Source: an uncultured Akkermansia sp.
GTDB taxonomy: Bacteria > Verrucomicrobiota > Verrucomicrobiia > Verrucomicrobiales > Akkermansiaceae
Direction: 5' to 3'
Assembly (NCBI GenBank): GCA_964604535.1
Contig: CAZRZE010000002.1
Span: 1-35,197 of the forward strand
DNA length: 35,197 bases
Both the position numbers and the translations under genes were made by a program. Below the pieces are notes generated by a model. That model worked only from the letters and a program-made list of their open reading frames with translations, was not told where the DNA came from and did not search any database. Below, piece by piece: positions 19,036-26,988 of the stretch (position 1 is the first letter of the stretch; each line of letters starts with the position of its first letter).

Positions 19036-19350
19036 ATGCACGAATTATTTAAAATACTCTTGACAATAATATCCGTCATATTTGCAGCATTTTCAATTGC
19101 TAGCATTATGTGTAACTGGAATATAATGTATTCGTGGCTATTATATAAAATTACTGGAAAAACCAGGTATACAGCATCGCCCTCGCCTCTTGTTATACTA
19201 GCGCCTACATTAGGTGCGATTGCTCTCATTATCTACCCGCACGATGATTTCTCTGCATACTGGTGGGTACCTTTTATTTTAGATTTCTTAACTTTCTATA
19301 CCACTATAGAAATGATAAGATTATTTCGAGAGCCTAGCAGCAAAGACTAA
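19036..19350 (+). CDS. Small AT-rich hypothetical membrane protein (about 3 TM)
   Basis: Start at MHELF. Three hydrophobic stretches. Visibly AT-richer than its neighbours. Confidence 0.65.
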   Translation: MHELFKILLTIISVIFAAFSIASIMCNWNIMYSWLLYKITGKTRYTASPSPLVILAPTLGAIALIIYPHDDFSAYWWVPFILDFLTFYTTIEMIRLFREPSSKD

Positions 19351-19514
19351 CTTAATAATTCTCGATATACGACATCTCGCCTCTTCATCATTGCGTGCCT
19401 CTTGGCACAGCTTCGGTCTGCTATAAATGACGCAGCGCACCTCCACCTAACAATAGACCCAACACACACACTTTAAGCTTGCCTCACTCTAATTATCATG
19501 TCATGATAACCAGC

Positions 19515-20330
19515 ATGTGGTATCAGCGTGTGATTATAACAGGTGCTTCTTCTGGTTTTGGTATGGAATTCGCGAGACGCGCTGGCGCGTCTTGCTCCCA
19601 GATGATTCTTGTCGCAAGACGTGTCGAGTTACTTGAAGACCTCAAACGAGAACTGCAAGCTGCTTTTGAAAAAATAGAAGTGGAGTGTATCTGCTGCGAC
19701 CTAGCAGATGAGTCTGCACGCAATTCCCTCATTGAAAAACTCTCTGCCCCATGCAGTGGCAACACGCTACTCATCAATAATGCAGGTCTAGGTGATTACG
19801 GCGAGTTTGCCCACAGCGATGCCCAGCGTAACAAGCAGATGATGATGGTGAACATGGTCGCCCTCACCGACATCACCCATGCCCTCCTCCCCCAGATGGA
19901 AAAAGAGGGCGGTGCCATCATCAACATCTCCTCACTGGCATCAGAATTCTTTCTGCCAGACTTTGCCGTCTACGCCGCCACAAAGGCCTACGTCTCCGCC
20001 TTCAGTGAGGCCTTGCGCCTCGAATGCCGCGACAAGAACATACCTATCCTAACTGTTTGCCCTGGCCCAGTACACACAGGCTTTGGAGAGACAGCACGCC
20101 GCGATGGATACACAGGCAACACCGTACCTGGTAAGGACTATTTGAGCACAAGCATAGCAGTAGTCGTCAATGGCTCACTACGCGCCTTGCAGTGCAACAA
20201 AGCGCGTTACTTCCCATCCATCAAGGTAAAACTCTTTGCCCTACTCATGCACTTCACACCGCGTTGGGTGCAGCGACTCATACTCACCATGCGACCTCGC
20301 CGCGTCTCGCAACTTGCTGACAAAACATGA
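19515..20330 (+). CDS. Short-chain dehydrogenase/reductase
   Basis: Motifs ITGASSGFG, LINNAG, NISS, YAATK and CPGPVHT. Start chosen from promoter TTGCCT-17-CATGAT (19479-19507), 7 nt upstream. Confidence 0.9.
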   Translation: MWYQRVIITGASSGFGMEFARRAGASCSQMILVARRVELLEDLKRELQAAFEKIEVECICCDLADESARNSLIEKLSAPCSGNTLLINNAGLGDYGEFAHSDAQRNKQMMMVNMVALTDITHALLPQMEKEGGAIINISSLASEFFLPDFAVYAATKAYVSAFSEALRLECRDKNIPILTVCPGPVHTGFGETARRDGYTGNTVPGKDYLSTSIAVVVNGSLRALQCNKARYFPSIKVKLFALLMHFTPRWVQRLILTMRPRRVSQLADKT

Positions 20331-21703
20331 AGCCCACCTTCTTCAAAAGCTGCCTCGGTCTCTCAATCGTCCTCGCGGGCGCATCCCTGCTAACCCCCTA
20401 CCCTGAGAGATTGGCACGCACATGCCATCGCCTCTTCTTCTCCCCTGCCACCAGCAAGGTAGAAAAGAAAAAAGCCCAGCCCAAGGCACAGCCAAGCCCA
20501 GCTGTACAAGAACAGCCTCAACCCGAACCTCCTCCAGAGCCTGAACCCAAGCCAGAGCCACCCACACCCGACATCAGCTCCCGCTCTTGGAACCCCATGG
20601 AAGACCTACACGGACTACCTGACATACAGCTCCCCCCCTTCCCACCAGTCATGCCATGGCGACTGGAGACAGGCAGCTATGAAACCGTCAACGAAATCAA
20701 AGAAGGCTTCAACCTACTCTCCAACATCCAATTCACCAAGGGAAGCACCGCTGCGCAGGACAGAAAGAAGAGAGACAGCTATGTGCTCGACATCAAGATG
20801 AAGCTAGCCCTACCCGAGGCCGCGCAGGGCGAAGAGCTCCTCATCGCTAATCCCAAGCTCCTCTACACGCTAAAGAACTTCACTGGTCTCATGAAGAAGG
20901 CAAAGGTCTCCCAATGGTACCAGTCGCTCTACACGCACAAGAAAAACCGCGTTCGCAAGGAGGCTGCTAGCCTCTCGCGTCTGCTCACCAAGCATAACTT
21001 CTACGACACCGACACCATCTTGGAAATAGAAGCCCCCGAGACAAAGCGCAAGATTGTCTGGATACAGGCCGACATGGATGTTGTCTCTGATGGCTCTGAC
21101 GGTGACAGACTGCCTGAAATGCCAGAGCACATCCGCAACAGCGACTTCTACCAGCCCACCACCTCCTACAAGTGGCGCAAGCTGGGCAACACCCCCAACC
21201 CCCTACTGCCCCACTGGGAAGGGAGGTTGAAAAAACTACAGAAGGAAAACGGCAGTGCCTCCTCCATAGACCATGCAAAGCGCGTCATTGTTGACTTAAA
21301 GCGATACAGCTTCCTGCTGGCAGACTATGATCCCTTTATTGTCATCCCCCTCACCCTCAAAGAAGGCAATAGCGCCTATGAGCCCGCACCGGGTGACTAT
21401 GTTGTTGTCATTGTAGAAAACAAGGCCTACCCCGCCATTGTGGGCGACTACGGCCCGCGCTTTAAAAGCGGTGAAGCCTCCCTACGCCTCTGCCAAGAAA
21501 TCAACCCCAAGGCGCGTGTCTACGCACGTGCGGTATCCAGCTTGGGCGTTTCCTACATCATTTTCCCCAACACCAAGAAAGAAACAGCAGGACCTATTGA
21601 TTACGATGAACTGTACAATGAATGCTCACGCCTCTTGGACGAAATAGGAGGACTGGAAGAGGGTATCAAGCTAGAACGCCTGAAAAACAAGCTGCCGGAT
21701 TAA
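20327..21703 (+). CDS. GH75 (chitosanase-like) protein with N-terminal anchor and Pro-rich linker
   Basis: DMDVVSDG and YPAIVGDYGP...GEASL motifs typical of GH75. QPEPPPEPEPKPEPP linker. ATGA overlap with the SDR gene. Confidence 0.7.
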   Translation: MKPTFFKSCLGLSIVLAGASLLTPYPERLARTCHRLFFSPATSKVEKKKAQPKAQPSPAVQEQPQPEPPPEPEPKPEPPTPDISSRSWNPMEDLHGLPDIQLPPFPPVMPWRLETGSYETVNEIKEGFNLLSNIQFTKGSTAAQDRKKRDSYVLDIKMKLALPEAAQGEELLIANPKLLYTLKNFTGLMKKAKVSQWYQSLYTHKKNRVRKEAASLSRLLTKHNFYDTDTILEIEAPETKRKIVWIQADMDVVSDGSDGDRLPEMPEHIRNSDFYQPTTSYKWRKLGNTPNPLLPHWEGRLKKLQKENGSASSIDHAKRVIVDLKRYSFLLADYDPFIVIPLTLKEGNSAYEPAPGDYVVVIVENKAYPAIVGDYGPRFKSGEASLRLCQEINPKARVYARAVSSLGVSYIIFPNTKKETAGPIDYDELYNECSRLLDEIGGLEEGIKLERLKNKLPD

Positions 21704-21774
21704 GCTGGCGGATAAAGCTTGAATTGTTAGGGAAGCCGTGCTACGCTTCCAGTCATCCCCCCCCTTTATTTCAT

Positions 21775-23703
21775 ATGAAGATTGCCAATTCCTTTATCAC
21801 GCTGGATGCCCAAGTGGCTGGTTCCTATCTATCCTCTGTCTGCATTGAAGATAAAATCAATGGTCGCAGCTACCCCCTGAGCCGTTCTATTTTTGAGCTC
21901 ACAGTGCTTGATGAGAAGATAGATGAGGCCTGCTCCATGAAGCAGTTTGCAGAGTCTTCACATGTGATTTCAGCACTTGATATTCCTTGCAGCAGCCTCG
22001 TACTGGAAGAAATCGCCCCCAAGGCAGATGCACGCCGTCTCGTAGAACGCCGCGCAGGACAACGCCTTGTTGCAACATTTGTCATGCCCCTAGGCGGCGA
22101 CCAAATTGTGTGGTGGGCAGAGCTGCGTGAGGGCAGCCGCTATGTACGCATCGGTCTGGACATCACGCCCAGCCAATACGCCATGCCCCTGCGCAAGATT
22201 TGCTTGCTGGACACCGCTGCCCCTGAGGCACGTGTGGAGGGCACAGTAAAGGGTGCGCCCATTGTTGCCGCTGGTCAGCGACTTTTTGCAGGTATAGAAA
22301 ACCCCTCCAGCTACGGAGAAGTAACAGCCCAAGGGCTGCGCTGCTGCCTGTCTCGCAGCACCAATATACCGCGCCTCACCACCGCACGTTTTTCCGCGGT
22401 TCTCGGCTTCTGCGAAGCTGGACAGCTGCGCCGTCGCTTTCAGCAAGACTACCTCAATGAGCAGCGCGCCCGCCCCTTTGCCACCAACCTCAATTACAAT
22501 TCTTGGTACGACATTGGTCACTTCAACCGCTACAGCGAAGCAGCAGCCCTTGATGCCATCACAAGCATGGGCGAAGAGCTGGTGAAAAAGCGCAAGGTAA
22601 AAATCGACAGCTTCATCATGGATGATGGATGGGATGATATTGAGACCCTCTGGGAGTTCCACAGTGAAATGGCAGAAGGCTTTGCCAACATCAAGAGCTG
22701 CGCCGCCAGCTACGGAGCTGCACCCGGTGTGTGGATTTCACCATGGGGTGGTTACGGTGAGCCCAAACCAAAGCGACTTGCTGCCGCTAACGGCCGTTTT
22801 GAAACCAATGAACGCGGCTTTGCGCTGACGGGTCCTCTCTACTACGAGCACTTCCGCAACATATGCTTTGACATGGTGCAGAATCAGGGTGTGAATCACT
22901 TCAAGATTGATGGCACATCTGGTGAGGCACAGCCAGCCGAGGGCTCTCCCTTTGGCTCTGACTTGGAGGCCATCAGCGCACTGATTGGCGAAGTACGAGA
23001 AATCAAGCCCGATGTCTTCTTCAACCTCAGCACAGGCACATGGGCATCGCCCTTCTGGTTCTCCATCGCTGATTCCATCTGGCGCGGCGACTGGGACCAT
23101 GCCTTCTGTGGAGAGGGCTCAACACGCCAGCAGTGGATTAGCTACCGCGATGCCATCATCTACAAGCGCAACGTACAGGCATCCCCCCTCTTCCCCATCA
23201 ACTCCTTGATGACACATGGTCTGATATACAACCGCTCTGCCCACGGACTCACAGAAACAACGGATGAGGATCTCTCCGCGGAGATATGGAGTGGCTTTGG
23301 TTTGGGTTCTCAGATGCAGGAGTTCTACATCACACCGCACATGTTCAACGACAAGAACTGGGACGACCTCGCAGCGGGTGCTAACTGGGCACGCGCGAAT
23401 GAAAGCCTCATGCTGGATGCCCACTGGGTAGGTGGTGACCCTGCGCTGCTAGCAGTCTACGGATGGGCTGGCTGGAAGGATGGTGCAGGCTACCTCGTCC
23501 TGCGCAACCCCTCTTCGCAGGAAAAGAGCTTCGCAGCTGACCCAGCTACACTTTTTGAGCTTCCGTTAGGGGCGGCAACGCGCTACAGCATCAGCTCTCC
23601 CAAGGGTGATAGACTCCCCTGTGATGAGATGATAGCTGGTCAGGCACTAGAGCTTACGCTAAAGCCCTTTGAGGTGCTAGTCATAGACGCGCTTGCACAA
23701 TAG
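21775..23703 (+). CDS. Clan GH-D-like (GH36/GH27-like) glycoside hydrolase; resembles proteins often annotated 'enterotoxin'
   Basis: Motifs YNSW, FIMDDGW, GVWISPWGGY and FKIDG. Start at ATG 21775, downstream of promoter TTGAAT-17-TACGCT (21719-21747). Confidence 0.7.
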   Translation: MKIANSFITLDAQVAGSYLSSVCIEDKINGRSYPLSRSIFELTVLDEKIDEACSMKQFAESSHVISALDIPCSSLVLEEIAPKADARRLVERRAGQRLVATFVMPLGGDQIVWWAELREGSRYVRIGLDITPSQYAMPLRKICLLDTAAPEARVEGTVKGAPIVAAGQRLFAGIENPSSYGEVTAQGLRCCLSRSTNIPRLTTARFSAVLGFCEAGQLRRRFQQDYLNEQRARPFATNLNYNSWYDIGHFNRYSEAAALDAITSMGEELVKKRKVKIDSFIMDDGWDDIETLWEFHSEMAEGFANIKSCAASYGAAPGVWISPWGGYGEPKPKRLAAANGRFETNERGFALTGPLYYEHFRNICFDMVQNQGVNHFKIDGTSGEAQPAEGSPFGSDLEAISALIGEVREIKPDVFFNLSTGTWASPFWFSIADSIWRGDWDHAFCGEGSTRQQWISYRDAIIYKRNVQASPLFPINSLMTHGLIYNRSAHGLTETTDEDLSAEIWSGFGLGSQMQEFYITPHMFNDKNWDDLAAGANWARANESLMLDAHWVGGDPALLAVYGWAGWKDGAGYLVLRNPSSQEKSFAADPATLFELPLGAATRYSISSPKGDRLPCDEMIAGQALELTLKPFEVLVIDALAQ

Positions 23704-23722
23704 AAAAGTAAGAGTATTGAGC

Positions 23723-23769
23723 AATTACTATAAAAGCAAGCTCCTGAGGAGCTTGCTTTTATAGTAATT
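23723..23769. terminator. Perfect 23-bp inverted repeat (1-nt spacer), probable bidirectional terminator
   Basis: AATTACTATAAAAGCAAGCTCCT-G-AGGAGCTTGCTTTTATAGTAATT between convergent genes. Confidence 0.75.
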
Positions 23770-23833
23770 TAATTGAGATTAGCTGCTTTACTTTTTTAAA
23801 ACTAGGCTAATATCTCGCGATTCATTTACCCGC

Positions 23834-24724
23834 TTACGCAACCCTGCGACGACGGCGTGCAAGAAGCCCCGTCAGAGCCAAAATACTGAGTGTTGCGGTA
23901 CTAGGCTCTGGCACTACTCCGAAAGATTGGAAATCAGATGTATTGCTACCCGCTACAGTTCCTGTAACGTATTGCGACATTTCCTCATCAGTTAAAATGC
24001 CAGAATAAATCCCAACATTACTCACGCCAATACCTCCTGTGTTTTTATCGTTACTAGAATCAAATCCATTGCCTCTGAAAGCCAAACTCATGTCAGCATC
24101 TGTGGCAAAAGTTACACTATTAGACACAAGCAAATCACCACCGATATTATAGAGAGTATAAGTCAAAGTCGTATTAGTGCCATCAGAGATGCCTGTAATA
24201 AAGAGTGTCGTGAGTGTCTCACGCGCAATAGCTGTTCCATAGTCAGCCAAGCCTGTAATCCCAGAATGACCGCTTGATAATCCTTTTTCAATGAATCGCA
24301 TTCCAAAGCCATTGCCACCAGTAAAGTTAGCGGAGTACTCCGTATTACCAATCGCAACTGCTGCAAAAATTTGCCAGTCTGCTGCCGAGGTTAATGTCGT
24401 ATAATTCATCGCATAAGTAAAGCCATTTGTCAGCGTGAGCCCTCCAGCAGCACTTTGCTCTGCAGTGATATTATAAGTACCCCCCTTACCATCGCTCATT
24501 ACCTTCCCTGGCAATACAGGATTGGGTATATAGTTCAAATTACCTCCTGAAGATCCTATATTGGGGAGAGTGTCTTTTGTTGCATCTGCTGCATTTGTCG
24601 CTAAAACTCTATCGCCACCTGCAGCAGTGGTATCAAAATTCAAACCATAAATAAGCTGACTTTCAGCAGCAGCTGTCGCCACACCTAGCCCTAACACGGT
24701 AAAAGTTGTATATAAAAGTCTCAT
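23834..24724 (-). CDS. PEP-CTERM surface protein with a LamG/ConA-like domain
   Basis: Signal peptide. C-terminal VPEPSTATLSILALTGLLARRRR. LamG-like VSNVGIYSGILTDEEM. Confidence 0.88.
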   Translation of the reverse strand: MRLLYTTFTVLGLGVATAAAESQLIYGLNFDTTAAGGDRVLATNAADATKDTLPNIGSSGGNLNYIPNPVLPGKVMSDGKGGTYNITAEQSAAGGLTLTNGFTYAMNYTTLTSAADWQIFAAVAIGNTEYSANFTGGNGFGMRFIEKGLSSGHSGITGLADYGTAIARETLTTLFITGISDGTNTTLTYTLYNIGGDLLVSNSVTFATDADMSLAFRGNGFDSSNDKNTGGIGVSNVGIYSGILTDEEMSQYVTGTVAGSNTSDFQSFGVVPEPSTATLSILALTGLLARRRRRVA

Positions 24725-24753
24725 ATTTCAAATAAATGTGATTTAGTATCTAC

Positions 24754-24782
24754 ATACTAGCAAATATCATCATCTATGGCAA
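24754..24782 (-). promoter_or_regulatory. sigma70 promoter of the PEP-CTERM gene
   Basis: TTGCCA-17 nt-TAGTAT with an extended TGC. Confidence 0.6.
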
Positions 24783-25174
24783 GATAAATTCTCCACCTAA
24801 CAAAAAAATAAACAAAAAATCTATTTATTATAAAGCAAAATGGTTGAATATCATTATTTTTGTGACACATTACTCCTGCCCTAATTTTCTCAATTAAGGG
24901 TAACTTACAAAATTAGCAGCTCTGGATTTTGGTAGCAAATTATCTCCAAAGTGAGCCAAAAGACATGCTGCAACGCTTGATTTCTGCATCAACGCTTTTC
25001 TCAGACTAATGTTGCAAAAGAGACGCTCTTAACATAAAGAAATTTGCTTCACTTCCTCATTAAACCGCCAATAATCAACAATCAAGAAATAATGCTTTTC
25101 AACAAACGAATAAAAGTGTATGATGTTGACGGCTTACTCAATAGCCGTAATCAACGATAGCTAAAAATCAAAAC

Positions 25175-26848
25175 ATGACTTCATCATTCTTACCCGCTCA
25201 ATACGCGCATCCTTACGAAATCGATCCTAAGTACAGCAAATCTGTTGCATACTTTTGCATGGAATACGCGATTGACAATGTTTTCAAAATTTACTCTGGT
25301 GGCCTCGGCTACCTTGCAGGTTCACACATGCGCTCCGCTGGCGCGCTCCGTCAAAACCTCGTAGGCGTAGGCATACTCTGGTCCTACGGTTATTACAACC
25401 AAATTCGTGGTGAGGACAGCAACATGGCTGTTCAGTTCATCAAGAAGGAGTACTCCTTCCTTGAAGACCACAATATCAAGTTCCTCATCCGCATCTGCGG
25501 TGCGCCAGTTTGGGTCAAGGCATACTACCTCAACCCCAACACCTTTGGTACAGCACCCATGTTCTTCCTGAGCACAGACCTGCCAGAAAACGACGAAGTC
25601 AGCCGCTCCATCACACGTCGTCTCTATGACGCAAACCCCATGACACGTATTTCTCAGTACGTTGTACTTGGTCAAGGTGGCGCACGCCTCTTTGAAGAAC
25701 TTGGCGTTGACCCAGAAATCTACCACATGAACGAAGCTCACGCCATTGGCGCGGCCTTCCAAATGCTCGCCCGCAACGGCGGCAATGTAGAAGAAGTACG
25801 CAAGCGTTTCGTCTTTACCACCCACACACCAGAAGAAGCAGGCAACGAAAAGATGGACATCAACCTGATGAGCAGCTTCTCCTTCTTCGACGGACTGGAC
25901 ACCAATCATGTCAAGGAAATGATCGGCATGTCTCCCGATGATAACACCTTCAACTACACGCTGGCAGCCCTGCGCCTTTCGCACATGTCCAATGGTGTGT
26001 CAAAGCTGCACGGTGAAGTTGCCCGCCACATGTGGGAAAACTACAGCGGCATCTGCCCTATCACTCACGTCACCAACGCACAAAACCTCAGTTACTGGCA
26101 AGATCCAGAGCTCGCCGAGGCCTTTGCAGCACGCGACAAAGACGCTTTCCGTCGCCGCAAGCTCTCCTTGAAAAAGGAGCTCTTCCGCGTTGTTGGTGAG
26201 CAGACGGGTCAGCTCTTTGACCCCAACTGCCTCACCATCGTCTGGGCACGCCGCTTTGCCGCCTACAAGCGCCCCTCCCTCATCACCCAAAACCCAGTCA
26301 TGTTCGAGCGCATGTTACAGCGCACCAACCGCCCTGTCCAAATGATATGGGCTGGCAAGCCCTACCCAACGGACTTTGCTGCGGTAGACATCTTTAACGA
26401 GCTCAACGCAATCAGCCACAACTACCCACGCTGTGCGGTACTTACAGGCTATGAGTTGGCGCTCTCCCGCCTCCTCAAGAATGGCTCTGACATCTGGCTC
26501 AACAACCCTGTTGTCACCCGCGAAGCCTCTGGCACATCTGGTATGTCTGCCTGCATGAATGGCTCTCTCTCCATCTCCACGGATGATGGCTGGGTTTGCG
26601 AGTTCAAGAAAGACGGTGAAAACTGCTTCATGATTCCTGCCGCAAGAGAAGGTCTCTCCCCCGAGGCACGCGACCGCGCTGACCGCGACAACTTCTACAA
26701 CGTCATGGAAACAACAGTCCTGCCCACCTACTACGACAATCCCGATAAGTGGATGGACATCGTCTTCCAAGGCATGGAAGACATCAGCCCCGCCTTCAAC
26801 TCTGACCGCATGGCTGACGAGTACTACACCAAGATGTACAACGCTTAA
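25175..26848 (+). CDS. glgP: Short alpha-glucan (glycogen/maltodextrin) phosphorylase-family protein, GT35
   Basis: Motifs YFCMEY, YSGGLGYLAG, HMNEAH, FTTHTP, NGVSKLHG, RRFAAYKR, AGKPYP and EASGTSGM. The residue after EASGTSGM is Ser rather than Lys. Confidence 0.9.
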   Translation: MTSSFLPAQYAHPYEIDPKYSKSVAYFCMEYAIDNVFKIYSGGLGYLAGSHMRSAGALRQNLVGVGILWSYGYYNQIRGEDSNMAVQFIKKEYSFLEDHNIKFLIRICGAPVWVKAYYLNPNTFGTAPMFFLSTDLPENDEVSRSITRRLYDANPMTRISQYVVLGQGGARLFEELGVDPEIYHMNEAHAIGAAFQMLARNGGNVEEVRKRFVFTTHTPEEAGNEKMDINLMSSFSFFDGLDTNHVKEMIGMSPDDNTFNYTLAALRLSHMSNGVSKLHGEVARHMWENYSGICPITHVTNAQNLSYWQDPELAEAFAARDKDAFRRRKLSLKKELFRVVGEQTGQLFDPNCLTIVWARRFAAYKRPSLITQNPVMFERMLQRTNRPVQMIWAGKPYPTDFAAVDIFNELNAISHNYPRCAVLTGYELALSRLLKNGSDIWLNNPVVTREASGTSGMSACMNGSLSISTDDGWVCEFKKDGENCFMIPAAREGLSPEARDRADRDNFYNVMETTVLPTYYDNPDKWMDIVFQGMEDISPAFNSDRMADEYYTKMYNA

Positions 26849-26870
26849 CAAAGCACCCTCACTTTAACCC

Positions 26871-26908
26871 ATTATTAGCGCCCTCACCTAGGTGAGGGCG
26901 CTAATAAT
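26871..26908. terminator. Perfect 38-bp palindrome after glgP (terminator-like)
   Basis: ATTATTAGCGCCCTCACCTAGGTGAGGGCGCTAATAAT is its own reverse complement. Confidence 0.65.
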
Positions 26909-26914
26909 AACAAA

Positions 26915-26986
26915 GGCCCCGTCGTTCAATGGATAGGACAGAGGTTTCCGGTACCTACAATGCAGGTTCGATTCCTGCCGGGGCTA
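26915..26986 (+). tRNA. tRNA-Arg(CCG), CCA not encoded
   Basis: Acceptor GGCCCCG/CGGGGCT; D arm GTTC/GGAC; anticodon arm GAGGT-TTCCGGT-ACCTA (G27-A43 mismatch); T arm GCAGG-TTCGATT-CCTGC; discriminator A. Confidence 0.95.
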
Positions 26987-26988
26987 CT

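Noticed and set aside
19340..19478. Integron attC site after the AT-rich orphan
   Set aside because: An RYYYAAC (ACCTAAC) occurs, but no matching GTTRRRY or long imperfect stem follows, and no integrase is present.
21757..21764. C8 homopolymer upstream of the glycosidase as a phase-variation switch
   Set aside because: Short, and located in the 5' UTR outside both the promoter spacer and the probable CDS; the + strand is C-rich throughout.
26929..26988. N-terminal 20 codons of the 513-aa ORF
   Set aside because: They lie inside the tRNA-Arg cloverleaf; the next ATG (26989) is more plausible.
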